This document shows positions 1 through 6,278 of a stretch of 25,705 bases of DNA, piece by piece. This stretch comes from a virus (Duplodnaviria; Caudoviricetes): the IMG/VR virus record IMGVR_UViG_3300009095_001359, positions 1 through 25,705 of that record, one strand, 5' to 3'. A model generated the notes under the pieces. The model was not told the origin of the DNA. It made no database searches and saw only the letters and a list, made by a program, of their open reading frames with translations. Position numbers and translations under genes: made by a program. Numbering within the stretch: the stretch's first letter is position 1; the number at the start of each line of letters is the position of its first letter.

Positions 1-103
1 ATGCATAGAGTGACGTTCACGTCAAAGAGGGCACCCCCTCCCATACCGTTACAAGTCGGACGTACCTCGACAAGACCAGCAATAGCTATCAATTCGGACA
101 TTA

Positions 104-514
104 CTACCATGATCGTGTTGATTTAGGCTTATGCACAGGTGATAGCCTATTCTGCCTAATGCTGTTGCATTGCGCATGAACTAGTCTTAAGTTATCAATG
201 CTATGAGTTCCACCATGAGACACAGGAATGATGTGGTCAACACTGGGGCCTAGTGGCAGTCGCCCGCTTATCCCTGTATCCACGTAGCCACCACAGATGG
301 CGCAGTACGGAGGAGATTCACGCAGGACACGTAGGCGGTTAGCCCTATATCCCGTGTCCCTGTATGCCTGGTCTCCGGTAGTCCGCTTCTTGTAGTCCCG
401 TTCGTACGCCTGCGTGCATGTCCGGCATCTCCTGGCACCGTTGCGCCGCCTGATCGTGTTCTCAGGAGTCCAGGGATGTCCTTTACTGCAGACATCAGGG
501 CTAGTGCTGTCCAT
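104..514 (-). CDS. HNH endonuclease with N-terminal CxxGH...CxxC zinc finger (probably terminase/cos-associated)
   Basis: CAICG...SVDHIIPVSHGGTHSIDNLRLVHAQCN is an HNH motif; N-terminal CSKGHPWTPENT...RCRTC. Confidence 0.9.
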   Translation of the reverse strand: MDSTSPDVCSKGHPWTPENTIRRRNGARRCRTCTQAYERDYKKRTTGDQAYRDTGYRANRLRVLRESPPYCAICGGYVDTGISGRLPLGPSVDHIIPVSHGGTHSIDNLRLVHAQCNSIRQNRLSPVHKPKSTRSW

Positions 515-566
515 GTCTGTATGTCCTCTGCCCTTGCCTCTGTATGCCTGTGCCCTACTAATTGGG

Positions 567-640
567 TACCCATGACAGGAGTCGAACCTGCAACCCTCGG
601 AACCTAAATCCGATGCCTCTGCCAGTTGGGCTACATGGGC
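567..640 (-). tRNA. tRNA-Leu(TAG), short variable loop
   Basis: Cloverleaf: acceptor GCCCATG/CATGGGT, anticodon arm TCGGA-TTTAGGT-TCCGA, T-loop TTCGACT. Confidence 0.85.
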
Positions 641-644
641 TTAG

Positions 645-725
645 TACCTGTGGCTGGATTCGAACCAGCACGCGCGAACGCGGGAGGGTTTAAGCCTCCT
701 GTGTCTGCCATTCCACCACACAGGC
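645..725 (-). tRNA. tRNA-Leu(TAA) (reads TTA; bldA-equivalent)
   Basis: Acceptor GCCTGTG/CACAGGT, arm GGAGG-CTTAAAC-CCTCC, long variable arm, T-loop TTCGAAT. Confidence 0.92.
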
Positions 726-736
726 AAGATGAGATC

Positions 737-858
737 GCCCTGCACAGGAGCAACAGCTAGTCAGAGGAGAGAGCAGACTAGGCGCTACGACTGTGCAGGG
801 CCTGCACAGCCAGCGGACCACCGTAGGCGGTCTGTAAGAGCCACACGCGGGCTGTGCA
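737..858 (-). ncRNA. Candidate structured ncRNA (two domains) between tRNA-Thr and tRNA-Leu
   Basis: Helices TGCACAGCC/GGCTGTGCA and GCCCTGCACAG/CTGTGCAGGGC with internal hairpins; G-U pairs form only on the minus strand. Confidence 0.55.
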
Positions 859-869
859 TCATTAAGTTT

Positions 870-943
870 TGGAGCCTCTATCAGGAATCGAACCCGAATC
901 AACTGTTTACAAGACAGCCGCTCTGCCATTGAGCTACAGAGGC
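870..943 (-). tRNA. tRNA-Thr(TGT)
   Basis: Arm GCTGT-CTTGTAA-ACAGT, T-loop TTCGATT, encoded CCA. Confidence 0.92.
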
Positions 944-947
944 TTAG

Positions 948-1018
948 CACACCTACGAGGAATCGAACCCCAGTTAACAGGTTTGGAATCTGTTGCCTTG
1001 CCACTAGACCATAGGTGT
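948..1018 (-). tRNA. tRNA-Trp(CCA)
   Basis: Acceptor ACACCTA/TAGGTGT, loop TTCCAAA, T-loop TTCGATT. Confidence 0.85.
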
Positions 1019-1020
1019 AT

Positions 1021-1130
1021 GCAGTTCACTAACCCGGAACTGCGCAGGCCATTACTTCTATAGCGCCATAGGTTTGCGCTTATGCGATCACCGGCCGGTA
1101 AAGCAGCGCTGAGCGTACTTTTCTCGCATA
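1021..1130 (-). ncRNA. Candidate structured RNA between tRNA-Pro and tRNA-Trp
   Basis: Consecutive helices TATGCGA/TCGCATA, GCGCA/TGCGC, GCAGTTC/GAACTGC; no tRNA cloverleaf. Confidence 0.4.
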
Positions 1131-1131
1131 G

Positions 1132-1203
1132 TCCGGACTGAGAGAATCGAACTCCCTTAGTCTTCACCCCAAATGAAGAGCCTAACCATTCGGCATAGTC
1201 CGG
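1132..1203 (-). tRNA. tRNA-Pro(TGG)
   Basis: Acceptor CCGGACT/AGTCCGG, arm CTTCA-TTTGGGG-TGAAG, T-loop TTCGATT; atypical A at position 8. Confidence 0.82.
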
Positions 1204-1205
1204 TC

Positions 1206-1281
1206 GGCCTCTGAAACAGGAATTGAACCTATCGCCTTTCCTTTATCAGAGGAGAGCTCTAGCCATATGAGCTAATAAGGC
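1206..1281 (-). tRNA. tRNA-Ile(GAT), degenerate acceptor stem (possible pseudo-tRNA)
   Basis: D-arm and TCCT-CTGATAA-AGGA intact; acceptor pairs only GCCT/AGGC with an internal loop. Confidence 0.6.
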
Positions 1282-1282
1282 A

Positions 1283-1358
1283 TGGTGCATCTGGTAGGGA
1301 TCGAACCTACGACCTGAAGATTAAAAGTCAACAGCTCTACCAGCTGAGCTACAGATGC
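1283..1358 (-). tRNA. tRNA-Lys(TTT)
   Basis: Acceptor GCATCTG/CAGATGC + ACCA, loop CTTTTAA; two T-T mismatches in the anticodon stem. Confidence 0.88.
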
Positions 1359-1359
1359 G

Positions 1360-1432
1360 TACCCTGTATCGGATTCGAACCGATGCTCTTCTGACTGAGA
1401 ATCAGACGAGATAACCACTACTCTAACAGGGC
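1360..1432 (-). tRNA. tRNA-Glu(CTC)
   Basis: Arm TCTGA-TTCTCAG-TCAGA, T-loop TTCGAAT. Confidence 0.9.
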
Positions 1433-1436
1433 TTAG

Positions 1437-1508
1437 TACTGCGTACCGGATTCGAACCGGTACCTTCCTGATTGAAAATCAGGAGACCTACCATTAGTCT
1501 AACGCAGC
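1437..1508 (-). tRNA. tRNA-Glu(TTC)
   Basis: Arm CCTGA-TTTTCAA-TCAGG, T-loop TTCGAAT. Confidence 0.9.
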
Positions 1509-1516
1509 ATACACTT

Positions 1517-1948
1517 TTACTCGGCCTCTGCAACCACCTTAGTAACAAGCTCGGTAGGCTGGCCTGCATCCACTACTAGATCAACCCGTACAGGCTCTGT
1601 AGCGTCCGCATCAGTGTTGTTCTTATACCAGAGAACCAGAGGAGCAGCAGGACCAAATTCAGCCTCTGTGTAGCTCCCCCAGCTCTGGACTAGCGGGTTG
1701 TTTGTCCCACTGGTATAGCTCAGCTCATTAGGAGATTCAGCATAGGCACCGAACACTTCAACATACTGTGCAGGCTCGCCAACAGAATAGCCTAGGCAGA
1801 TCCTCTGATCCCCAGAAGTTCCTAACGCAGGGGCGAATAGCCTCACCCCGAAGAGTCTGCTAACTCCTGCAATAGCTACTCGCAGGAACTGTCCTGCTGT
1901 GTTTGTTTCTGGGTTAATAGTGACCTGTACGCTAGCGACTGTTGCCAT
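1517..1948 (-). CDS. Hypothetical beta-rich protein inside the tRNA operon
   Basis: 143 aa ORF with strong RBS (CAGAGGAGA) filling the gap between tRNAs. Confidence 0.8.
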   Translation of the reverse strand: MATVASVQVTINPETNTAGQFLRVAIAGVSRLFGVRLFAPALGTSGDQRICLGYSVGEPAQYVEVFGAYAESPNELSYTSGTNNPLVQSWGSYTEAEFGPAAPLVLWYKNNTDADATEPVRVDLVVDAGQPTELVTKVVAEAE

Positions 1949-1973
1949 TGCTGTTTCTCCTCTGTCTAATCAT

Positions 1974-2058
1974 TGGCGGGAAGTAATCGAATCGAACTAG
2001 TACCCTCGCGGATAGAGCAGATTAGCATTCTGCTTGACTAGCCATAGTCAGAACTTCC
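1974..2058 (-). tRNA. tRNA-Ser(GCT), degenerate T-stem
   Basis: Arm GCAGA-ATGCTAA-TCTGC, long variable arm, GCCA end; T-stem poorly paired. Confidence 0.65.
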
Positions 2059-2063
2059 ATTAG

Positions 2064-2135
2064 TGGAGAAACAGAGAATTGCACTCTGGACTCTGGTATG
2101 CAACACCAGCGCTTTACTGACTAAGCTATATCCCC
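2064..2135 (-). tRNA. tRNA-Ala(TGC)
   Basis: GGGGATA start with G3-U70, arm CTGGT-GTTGCAT-ACCAG; variant T-loop TGCAATT. Confidence 0.8.
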
Positions 2136-2140
2136 AAAAA

Positions 2141-2219
2141 AGACAGCCAACCATTCGACTAGTTGCTAGTCTGAAGCATCGGCGAAAGCCGTTATTCGTC
2201 TGCTCTTCAGAAGCTGTCT
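2141..2219 (-). ncRNA. Candidate three-way-junction RNA between tRNA-Val and tRNA-Ala
   Basis: AGACAGCT/GGCTGTCT closing helix, CTGAAG/CTTCAG with CGGC-TTTC-GCCG tip, GACTAG-CAA-CTAGTC hairpin, then a T-run. Confidence 0.5.
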
Positions 2220-2222
2220 ACG

Positions 2223-2293
2223 TACCCAGTGACAGAATCGAACTGCCTTAGCCTGTGTGTAAAACAGGAGCTTTCCCATTAAGCTAACCGGGC
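2223..2293 (-). tRNA. tRNA-Val(TAC)
   Basis: Arm CCTGT-TTTACAC-ACAGG, T-loop TTCGATT. Confidence 0.9.
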
Positions 2294-2294
2294 C

Positions 2295-2365
2295 TGGCGG
2301 AACTGAGAGTCGAACTCAGAGCTTCAGCATATGAGGCTGTTGTTTTACCATTAAACTATTCCGCT
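2295..2365 (-). tRNA. tRNA-Met(CAT) (1-72 mismatch, initiator-like)
   Basis: Acceptor AGCGGAA/TTCCGCC, loop CTCATAT, T-loop TTCGACT. Confidence 0.82.
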
Positions 2366-2533
2366 ATGACTGTCAGTATAGTACTGTATTGTTCTGTATA
2401 GTACTGTTCTGTATTTAGTTAATTGTTTATTAGTCTGTTCTGTGTAGTTCTGTACTGTTGCTGTATAAGTATTTACTGGACTGTATAGTCAGTACTGTAC
2501 TGAGCTGTACTGTTCTTATCCCCTTAAGGGGAT
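2366..2533. repeat. AT-rich low-complexity GTACTG/CTGTA repeat tract; includes likely -10 (TATACT, minus strand, 2375-2380) of the tRNA operon
   Basis: GTATAGTACTG at 2376 and 2396, many CTGTA/CTGTT units; perfect palindrome ATCCCCTTAAGGGGAT at 2518-2533. Confidence 0.55.
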
Positions 2534-2887
2534 CTATCAGCAGGTCAGTGCTGCAGGCTGTTCGCTCCAGGGCTTTACAGCCCTGTACCTCTCAGCCTGT
2601 ATATAGAGCTATTAGTCTGCCGAAGCCAAAGATCTTAAAGAATGTGACTAAGCTCACTAATATAACTGTCAACCTTTGGCAGCCTTCAGACGTTGCAAAC
2701 ACTGCCTGACCTGCGGATATCGACCGAATGGACGAGTTCGGATCGCCCCAAGGGTCCGAATCTCACAGGCTCACCCTATAGGGGTAGCGGGAACGGTGAG
2801 CACAGGGATACGGTTAACACAACGTCAGGTGAGCTAGCTCTCACAAGCCCCTAAAGCAGCAGGTCAGAGCAGCATTGACCCTCTGAT

Positions 2888-2917
2888 TCGACAATCCAGA
2901 ATCTGGAGTGTTAGACT
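2888..2917 (+). promoter_or_regulatory. Promoter P1 with operator in spacer
   Basis: TCGACA-18 bp (ATCCAGAATCTGGAGTGT)-TAGACT. Confidence 0.75.
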
Positions 2918-2947
2918 GCAAGGGCAGCAGGTTCACGCCTGCAGCAC

Positions 2948-2971
2948 GTTGTTACAGAATTAAACAGTGTG
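2948..2971 (+). promoter_or_regulatory. rrn boxA-like antitermination motif, copy 1
   Basis: GTTGTTACAGAATTAAACAGTGTG, 23/24 identical to 7138-7161; preceded by hairpin GCAGG-TTCACG-CCTGC. Confidence 0.55.
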
Positions 2972-2992
2972 TCCGAATAGTGAGAGAACGCA

Positions 2993-3021
2993 TCGACTAT
3001 CCAGAATCTGTGTAGTACACT
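2993..3021 (+). promoter_or_regulatory. Promoter P2 (leaderless repressor mRNA) with degenerate operator
   Basis: TCGACT-17 bp (ATCCAGAATCTGTGTAG)-TACACT; ATG 7 nt after the -10, no SD. Confidence 0.7.
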
Positions 3022-3028
3022 GCGCAGC

Positions 3029-3445
3029 ATGGACCAGCAGACAATAGACCAGATTCTGAAACTCGACAGTGAAGGGCATTCCGTAGCAGACATTGCTAAA
3101 ACAGTAGGTTTGTCTCGCCCGTACGTCAGTACCATTCTCAGTGATAAGGGCAGGGCTAGGCACACACGGGCGGGAATGGAGACTTCATTCGTGCCATTCA
3201 TCCCGCCAAAGGAGCATCGTAAGCAGCACGCTTACATGATGTTTAAGGCAATGGATAAAGACGCTGACGGAATCCCTATCGGGAAGACCACTAGAAAGGA
3301 TATGGAAGCGTTTAAAAAAGGGCTTTCGAAGAAGACATGGGTTTATGATGAGGAACGCGGTTTTTACTTTATTCCGCGTAAACCCGAGCATGGTAAGCGA
3401 CCGTTCATAGGCTTATCCACGCGCCAATTACATACACTCATCTAA
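3029..3445 (+). CDS. Immunity repressor (L5 gp71-like, N-terminal HTH)
   Basis: HTH GHSVADIAKTVGLSRPYVSTIL; C-terminal WVYDEERGFYFIPR resembles the cluster A repressor; upstream of the Cas4-like nuclease. Confidence 0.75.
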   Translation: MDQQTIDQILKLDSEGHSVADIAKTVGLSRPYVSTILSDKGRARHTRAGMETSFVPFIPPKEHRKQHAYMMFKAMDKDADGIPIGKTTRKDMEAFKKGLSKKTWVYDEERGFYFIPRKPEHGKRPFIGLSTRQLHTLI

Positions 3446-3478
3446 GGGACACAGGATCTATTCTGTGTCCCTTTTTTT
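3444..3478 (+). terminator. Intrinsic terminator after repressor
   Basis: AAGGGACACAGGA-TCTA-TTCTGTGTCCCTT then T-run. Confidence 0.85.
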
Positions 3479-3500
3479 CTACCTACAAAAGGATCAGGAC

Positions 3501-3743
3501 ATGTCGCTACTCGGCCACTCCGAAACAATGGTAGTTCCCGGCGCAACTATCGAATACCGCTACGACGGAAACCGGCTCTCCCGCGTAATAGCTCACGTAT
3601 TCTCCGGTATCTCCAGAAATAGCGTACTCGCTATGTGGGATGAAATCGGATATCACATCCCCTCTAACGCAGACCTCATTCAAGAACCCACAGAAATAGA
3701 CGGAAATGTCTATATCAAACAATGGAAGGTGATTTATGAATAG
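3501..3743 (+). CDS. Hypothetical protein
   Basis: ORF 3465-3743; ATG 3501 lies past the terminator; overlaps the next start. Confidence 0.6.
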   Translation: MSLLGHSETMVVPGATIEYRYDGNRLSRVIAHVFSGISRNSVLAMWDEIGYHIPSNADLIQEPTEIDGNVYIKQWKVIYE

Positions 3744-4545
3744 TGTTCTATTGGCTCCGCCGACTAGGAGAATGAGCCATTCGCAATTGCAGCAATACAG
3801 CAATTGTCCCTATTCTTTCTATCTGCAGCGCATAGCCAGAGATGAGAACGGGGAACGTCTGAAACAGCTAACCGCAGGCTGGTTCCTGCACGGCACTGCT
3901 GTCCATGCGGCCCTGGAGGCGTGGGAACGTTCAGGACGGACCATAAACGCGGTAGCCTACTTCTACGCTGAGTACGACGGGCTGATAGCTGAGCAGATGC
4001 TGACTCACCCTGAGCCCTGGGAATGGCTGAGAGGCGGCAGAGGCAAAACCAGAGAGGCTGATATCGCACAGCGCAGAAAACAGGGAGCTGAACAGGTGGC
4101 TAAGTACGTCGCCTGGGCTCCCCTGCAGCCCTTCCAGGTCTGGACACTGCCTGACGGTAACCCTGCCCTGGAGGTCCCGTTCACGGTGCGTCTAGGGGAT
4201 GTAGAGGTAATCGGGTTCATCGACGCCATCTGGCAGTGGCTAGGTAGTGATGAGCTAGAGCCTGTGGACTACAAGACCGGCTCTCAGCCTCCAGAGGATG
4301 CCCTGCAGCTGGGTCTCTACAGTCTGGCTATCCAGCGAGCTTTCAGTGAGGACAGTCGGCACGGCCGCTATTTCATGCTGCGAGACTGGCAGCATGAGCA
4401 GCTAGACCTGACACAGTACACAGGTGAGGCTCTGACAGAGATGTACGCGACTGCAGCGGCAGGTATCCAGGCGGGCGAGTTCCCCGCCAAGCCTGGGAGC
4501 TGCTTCACCTGCACAGTCAAGAGACACTGCAAATACAGCCGCTAA
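3736..4545 (+). CDS. Cas4/RecB-like PD-(D/E)XK exonuclease
   Basis: SHSQL..CP, HGTAVH, GFIDAI, VDYKTG, QLGLY, C-terminal CxxC..C. Confidence 0.92.
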   Translation: MNSVLLAPPTRRMSHSQLQQYSNCPYSFYLQRIARDENGERLKQLTAGWFLHGTAVHAALEAWERSGRTINAVAYFYAEYDGLIAEQMLTHPEPWEWLRGGRGKTREADIAQRRKQGAEQVAKYVAWAPLQPFQVWTLPDGNPALEVPFTVRLGDVEVIGFIDAIWQWLGSDELEPVDYKTGSQPPEDALQLGLYSLAIQRAFSEDSRHGRYFMLRDWQHEQLDLTQYTGEALTEMYATAAAGIQAGEFPAKPGSCFTCTVKRHCKYSR

Positions 4546-4576
4546 CCTGCGGAAACAGGAAAGATAGGGGGGTGGG

Positions 4577-4605
4577 TCAACACTCCAGAATCTGTAGTGT
4601 AGTGT
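4577..4605 (+). promoter_or_regulatory. Promoter P3 with operator
   Basis: TCAACA-17 bp-TAGTGT; palindrome ACACTCCAGA-A-TCTGTAGTGT. Confidence 0.65.
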
Positions 4606-4637
4606 TGTCCTCAACAGCACGAGAGAGGGAGCGGAAG

Positions 4638-4808
4638 ATGAACTCATTCGCAAATATGAGCCGTAAGGCAATTGTTACCTACCTCCAAGAGGAAGTTACC
4701 CAAGGCGTTTTCGCTCGCTTGGACTCGCAGGGCTTGGCGCGTGAACTGCATCGCAGGGGGCGCGTCTCAGACGATATGTTCTGGTGGCTAGTCGGGCAGT
4801 ACAGCTAG
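4638..4808 (+). CDS. Hypothetical protein
   Basis: ATG after GAGAGGGAG. Confidence 0.6.
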   Translation: MNSFANMSRKAIVTYLQEEVTQGVFARLDSQGLARELHRRGRVSDDMFWWLVGQYS

Positions 4809-4815
4809 ATGGGTA

Positions 4816-4865
4816 GCCCTTGCGGAGTCTTCAGGGCTCGTAGGTTCGCAACCTGGCAAGGGCAC
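4816..4865 (+). other. Mini tRNA-like element 1
   Basis: GCCCTTGC/GCAAGGGC+AC closing stem, one hairpin, T-arm-like TAGG-TTCGCAA-CCTG. Confidence 0.6.
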
Positions 4866-4918
4866 AAGACAGAGAACACAGAGAAAGTGTCAGAAGTCAA
4901 AATCAGGAAGGAATTCTA

Positions 4919-5242
4919 ATGAAGCTCACTAAGACGCAGGAAAAGGCTCTTCGCTACATCGAAAAAAACCCAGGCATGGTCACGAATGCTCGTGGGGAAG
5001 CCGCACGCGGGAAACTGACTATCAACGGACGCACTGAAAGCAGCCTGTACGTAAAAGGTCTAGTTGAGCTGTACAACCCCGAAACAGGTCTCTCTTACAG
5101 GGAGGAGAACAGCGGAGAGGATGTGCGCCCCTGGTACTCAGGGGCGTACGCCTGGAGGCTCACAGCAGCTGGAGAGGCTGCTATCAGCAGGAGCTTTCAC
5201 GAGAAGCTGCGAGAAGAATTGAACAAAGATTTCAGCCTCTAA
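4919..5242 (+). CDS. Hypothetical protein (winged-helix-like)
   Basis: KLTKTQEKAL...L.VKGLVE...WRLTAAGEAA pattern; RBS AGGAAGGA. Confidence 0.75.
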   Translation: MKLTKTQEKALRYIEKNPGMVTNARGEAARGKLTINGRTESSLYVKGLVELYNPETGLSYREENSGEDVRPWYSGAYAWRLTAAGEAAISRSFHEKLREELNKDFSL

Positions 5243-5247
5243 GGGGG

Positions 5248-5277
5248 TTAACAATCCAGATTCCGGAGTGTTAGGCT
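5248..5277 (+). promoter_or_regulatory. Promoter P4 with operator
   Basis: TTAACA-18 bp (ATCCAGATTCCGGAGTGT)-TAGGCT. Confidence 0.7.
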
Positions 5278-5370
5278 GTCTGCACCGCACTGGAGACCTT
5301 CACTCTCTGGTTGCGAAGATCGAAGAACTCTAGACAGCTCCACAAGACAGCAGAGAGAAGGGCAAGAAAA

Positions 5371-5643
5371 ATGACTATTGCTAACCGAGCGTACTGGATT
5401 GCTGCGGACCCGCACGCTAGCTCAGTTGAGGGGACAGTTAGCTCTGTGCTGGGCAGCTACGCCTCCGAATATGATGAGGATGCTATCGCGGAAGACATCC
5501 GGGCCGCAGTGAACGATGCACTTCCCGAAGGTGTGGTTCTGTGTGGAAATTCGTTCATCGGGGAGTATGACGTGGAAGTCGATTTCGCCGGACTGCTCGA
5601 ATCGATCGATATTTGGGAGATTGCCTCGAAGCACGAGATTTAG
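5371..5643 (+). CDS. Small acidic hypothetical protein
   Basis: ATG 5371; 90 aa, about 18 D/E versus 3 K/R. Confidence 0.75.
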   Translation: MTIANRAYWIAADPHASSVEGTVSSVLGSYASEYDEDAIAEDIRAAVNDALPEGVVLCGNSFIGEYDVEVDFAGLLESIDIWEIASKHEI

Positions 5644-5651
5644 TAGCAAAC

Positions 5652-5700
5652 GCCCCTGGCTAACCAGGCTGTAGAGGATCAGAGTCTCACAGGGGCACTC
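5652..5700 (+). other. Mini tRNA-like element 2 (degenerate)
   Basis: GCCCCTG/CAGGGGC+ACTC with GAGG-7 nt-TCTC arm. Confidence 0.45.
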
Positions 5701-5727
5701 AGTAGGACTAGAACAGAGGAGAAAGAA

Positions 5728-5979
5728 GTGCCGTACGATATCCACAGAATAGATCCCGAGAGCAATTACAGCAGTGACCTGCCTGTGGACTATGCGGAAG
5801 TCATCTCAGCGGACAATGACAGCCTGTACGACACTGTGCGAATGGCACAAAGTTATTCTACAGAGTGCGCACATGCGATCTACCGAGTAGTGTCGGAGCC
5901 GCTAGGCCGGGGAGTGGCAGAGTTCCAGCGCGGCATAAGGGTGCAAGTTCCTATGTATAAGGAGGAGAACTTATCATGA
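5728..5979 (+). CDS. Hypothetical protein
   Basis: GTG after CAGAGGAGA. Confidence 0.75.
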   Translation: MPYDIHRIDPESNYSSDLPVDYAEVISADNDSLYDTVRMAQSYSTECAHAIYRVVSEPLGRGVAEFQRGIRVQVPMYKEENLS

Positions 5980-6278
5980 CAGAATGGTCTTACAGCTACC
6001 AGCACCATGATTGCGAGAAGTGCCAGTCGCTGTCAGAAAAGGCGCGAGAGTTCGCTACAGTCAGAGGCTCCATTAGTGCCACCTACTCAGAAGACAGAGT
6101 TTCATATTCAGGAGATACGCAGACTCGGACAATATCAGAGCAGCACTCCTCTACAGCTACCAGGAGAGAGAACTTATCATGTGGGCGACCACAAAGAAAA
6201 ACGGAACCTATCACGCTACGTACGAACTCAACGGGGAGCCTGTCGCGGCCTGTAACCGCAGAATTCGGCCGACCGTAG
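5976..6278 (+). CDS. Hypothetical protein (3' end overlaps next gene by 100 nt)
   Basis: RBS AGGAGGAG, ATGA coupling. Confidence 0.45.
   Translation: MTEWSYSYQHHDCEKCQSLSEKAREFATVRGSISATYSEDRVSYSGDTQTRTISEQHSSTATRRENLSCGRPQRKTEPITLRTNSTGSLSRPVTAEFGRP

Noticed and set aside
1-103. cos site or genome end next to the HNH gene
   Set aside because: Plausible by position, but no terminus can be defined from this window
567-640. Amber suppressor or recoding tRNA
   Set aside because: The anticodon is TAG (reads CTA, Leu), not CTA; TAG stops terminate genes normally here
690-1167. ORFs 690-1004, 729-932, 869-1063, 934-1167 (also 2063-2251)
   Set aside because: They overlap tRNA genes; shadow ORFs
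2141-2219. Canonical hammerhead ribozyme (CUGAAGA)
   Set aside because: No GAAA after stem II and the topology does not fit; kept only as an unclassified structured RNA
2458-2709. 83 aa ORF in the control region
   Set aside because: Low-complexity sequence, no RBS
3736-4545. Cas4-like nuclease as evidence of a CRISPR system
   Set aside because: No repeat-spacer array or other cas genes; solo Cas4-like nucleases are common in actinophages
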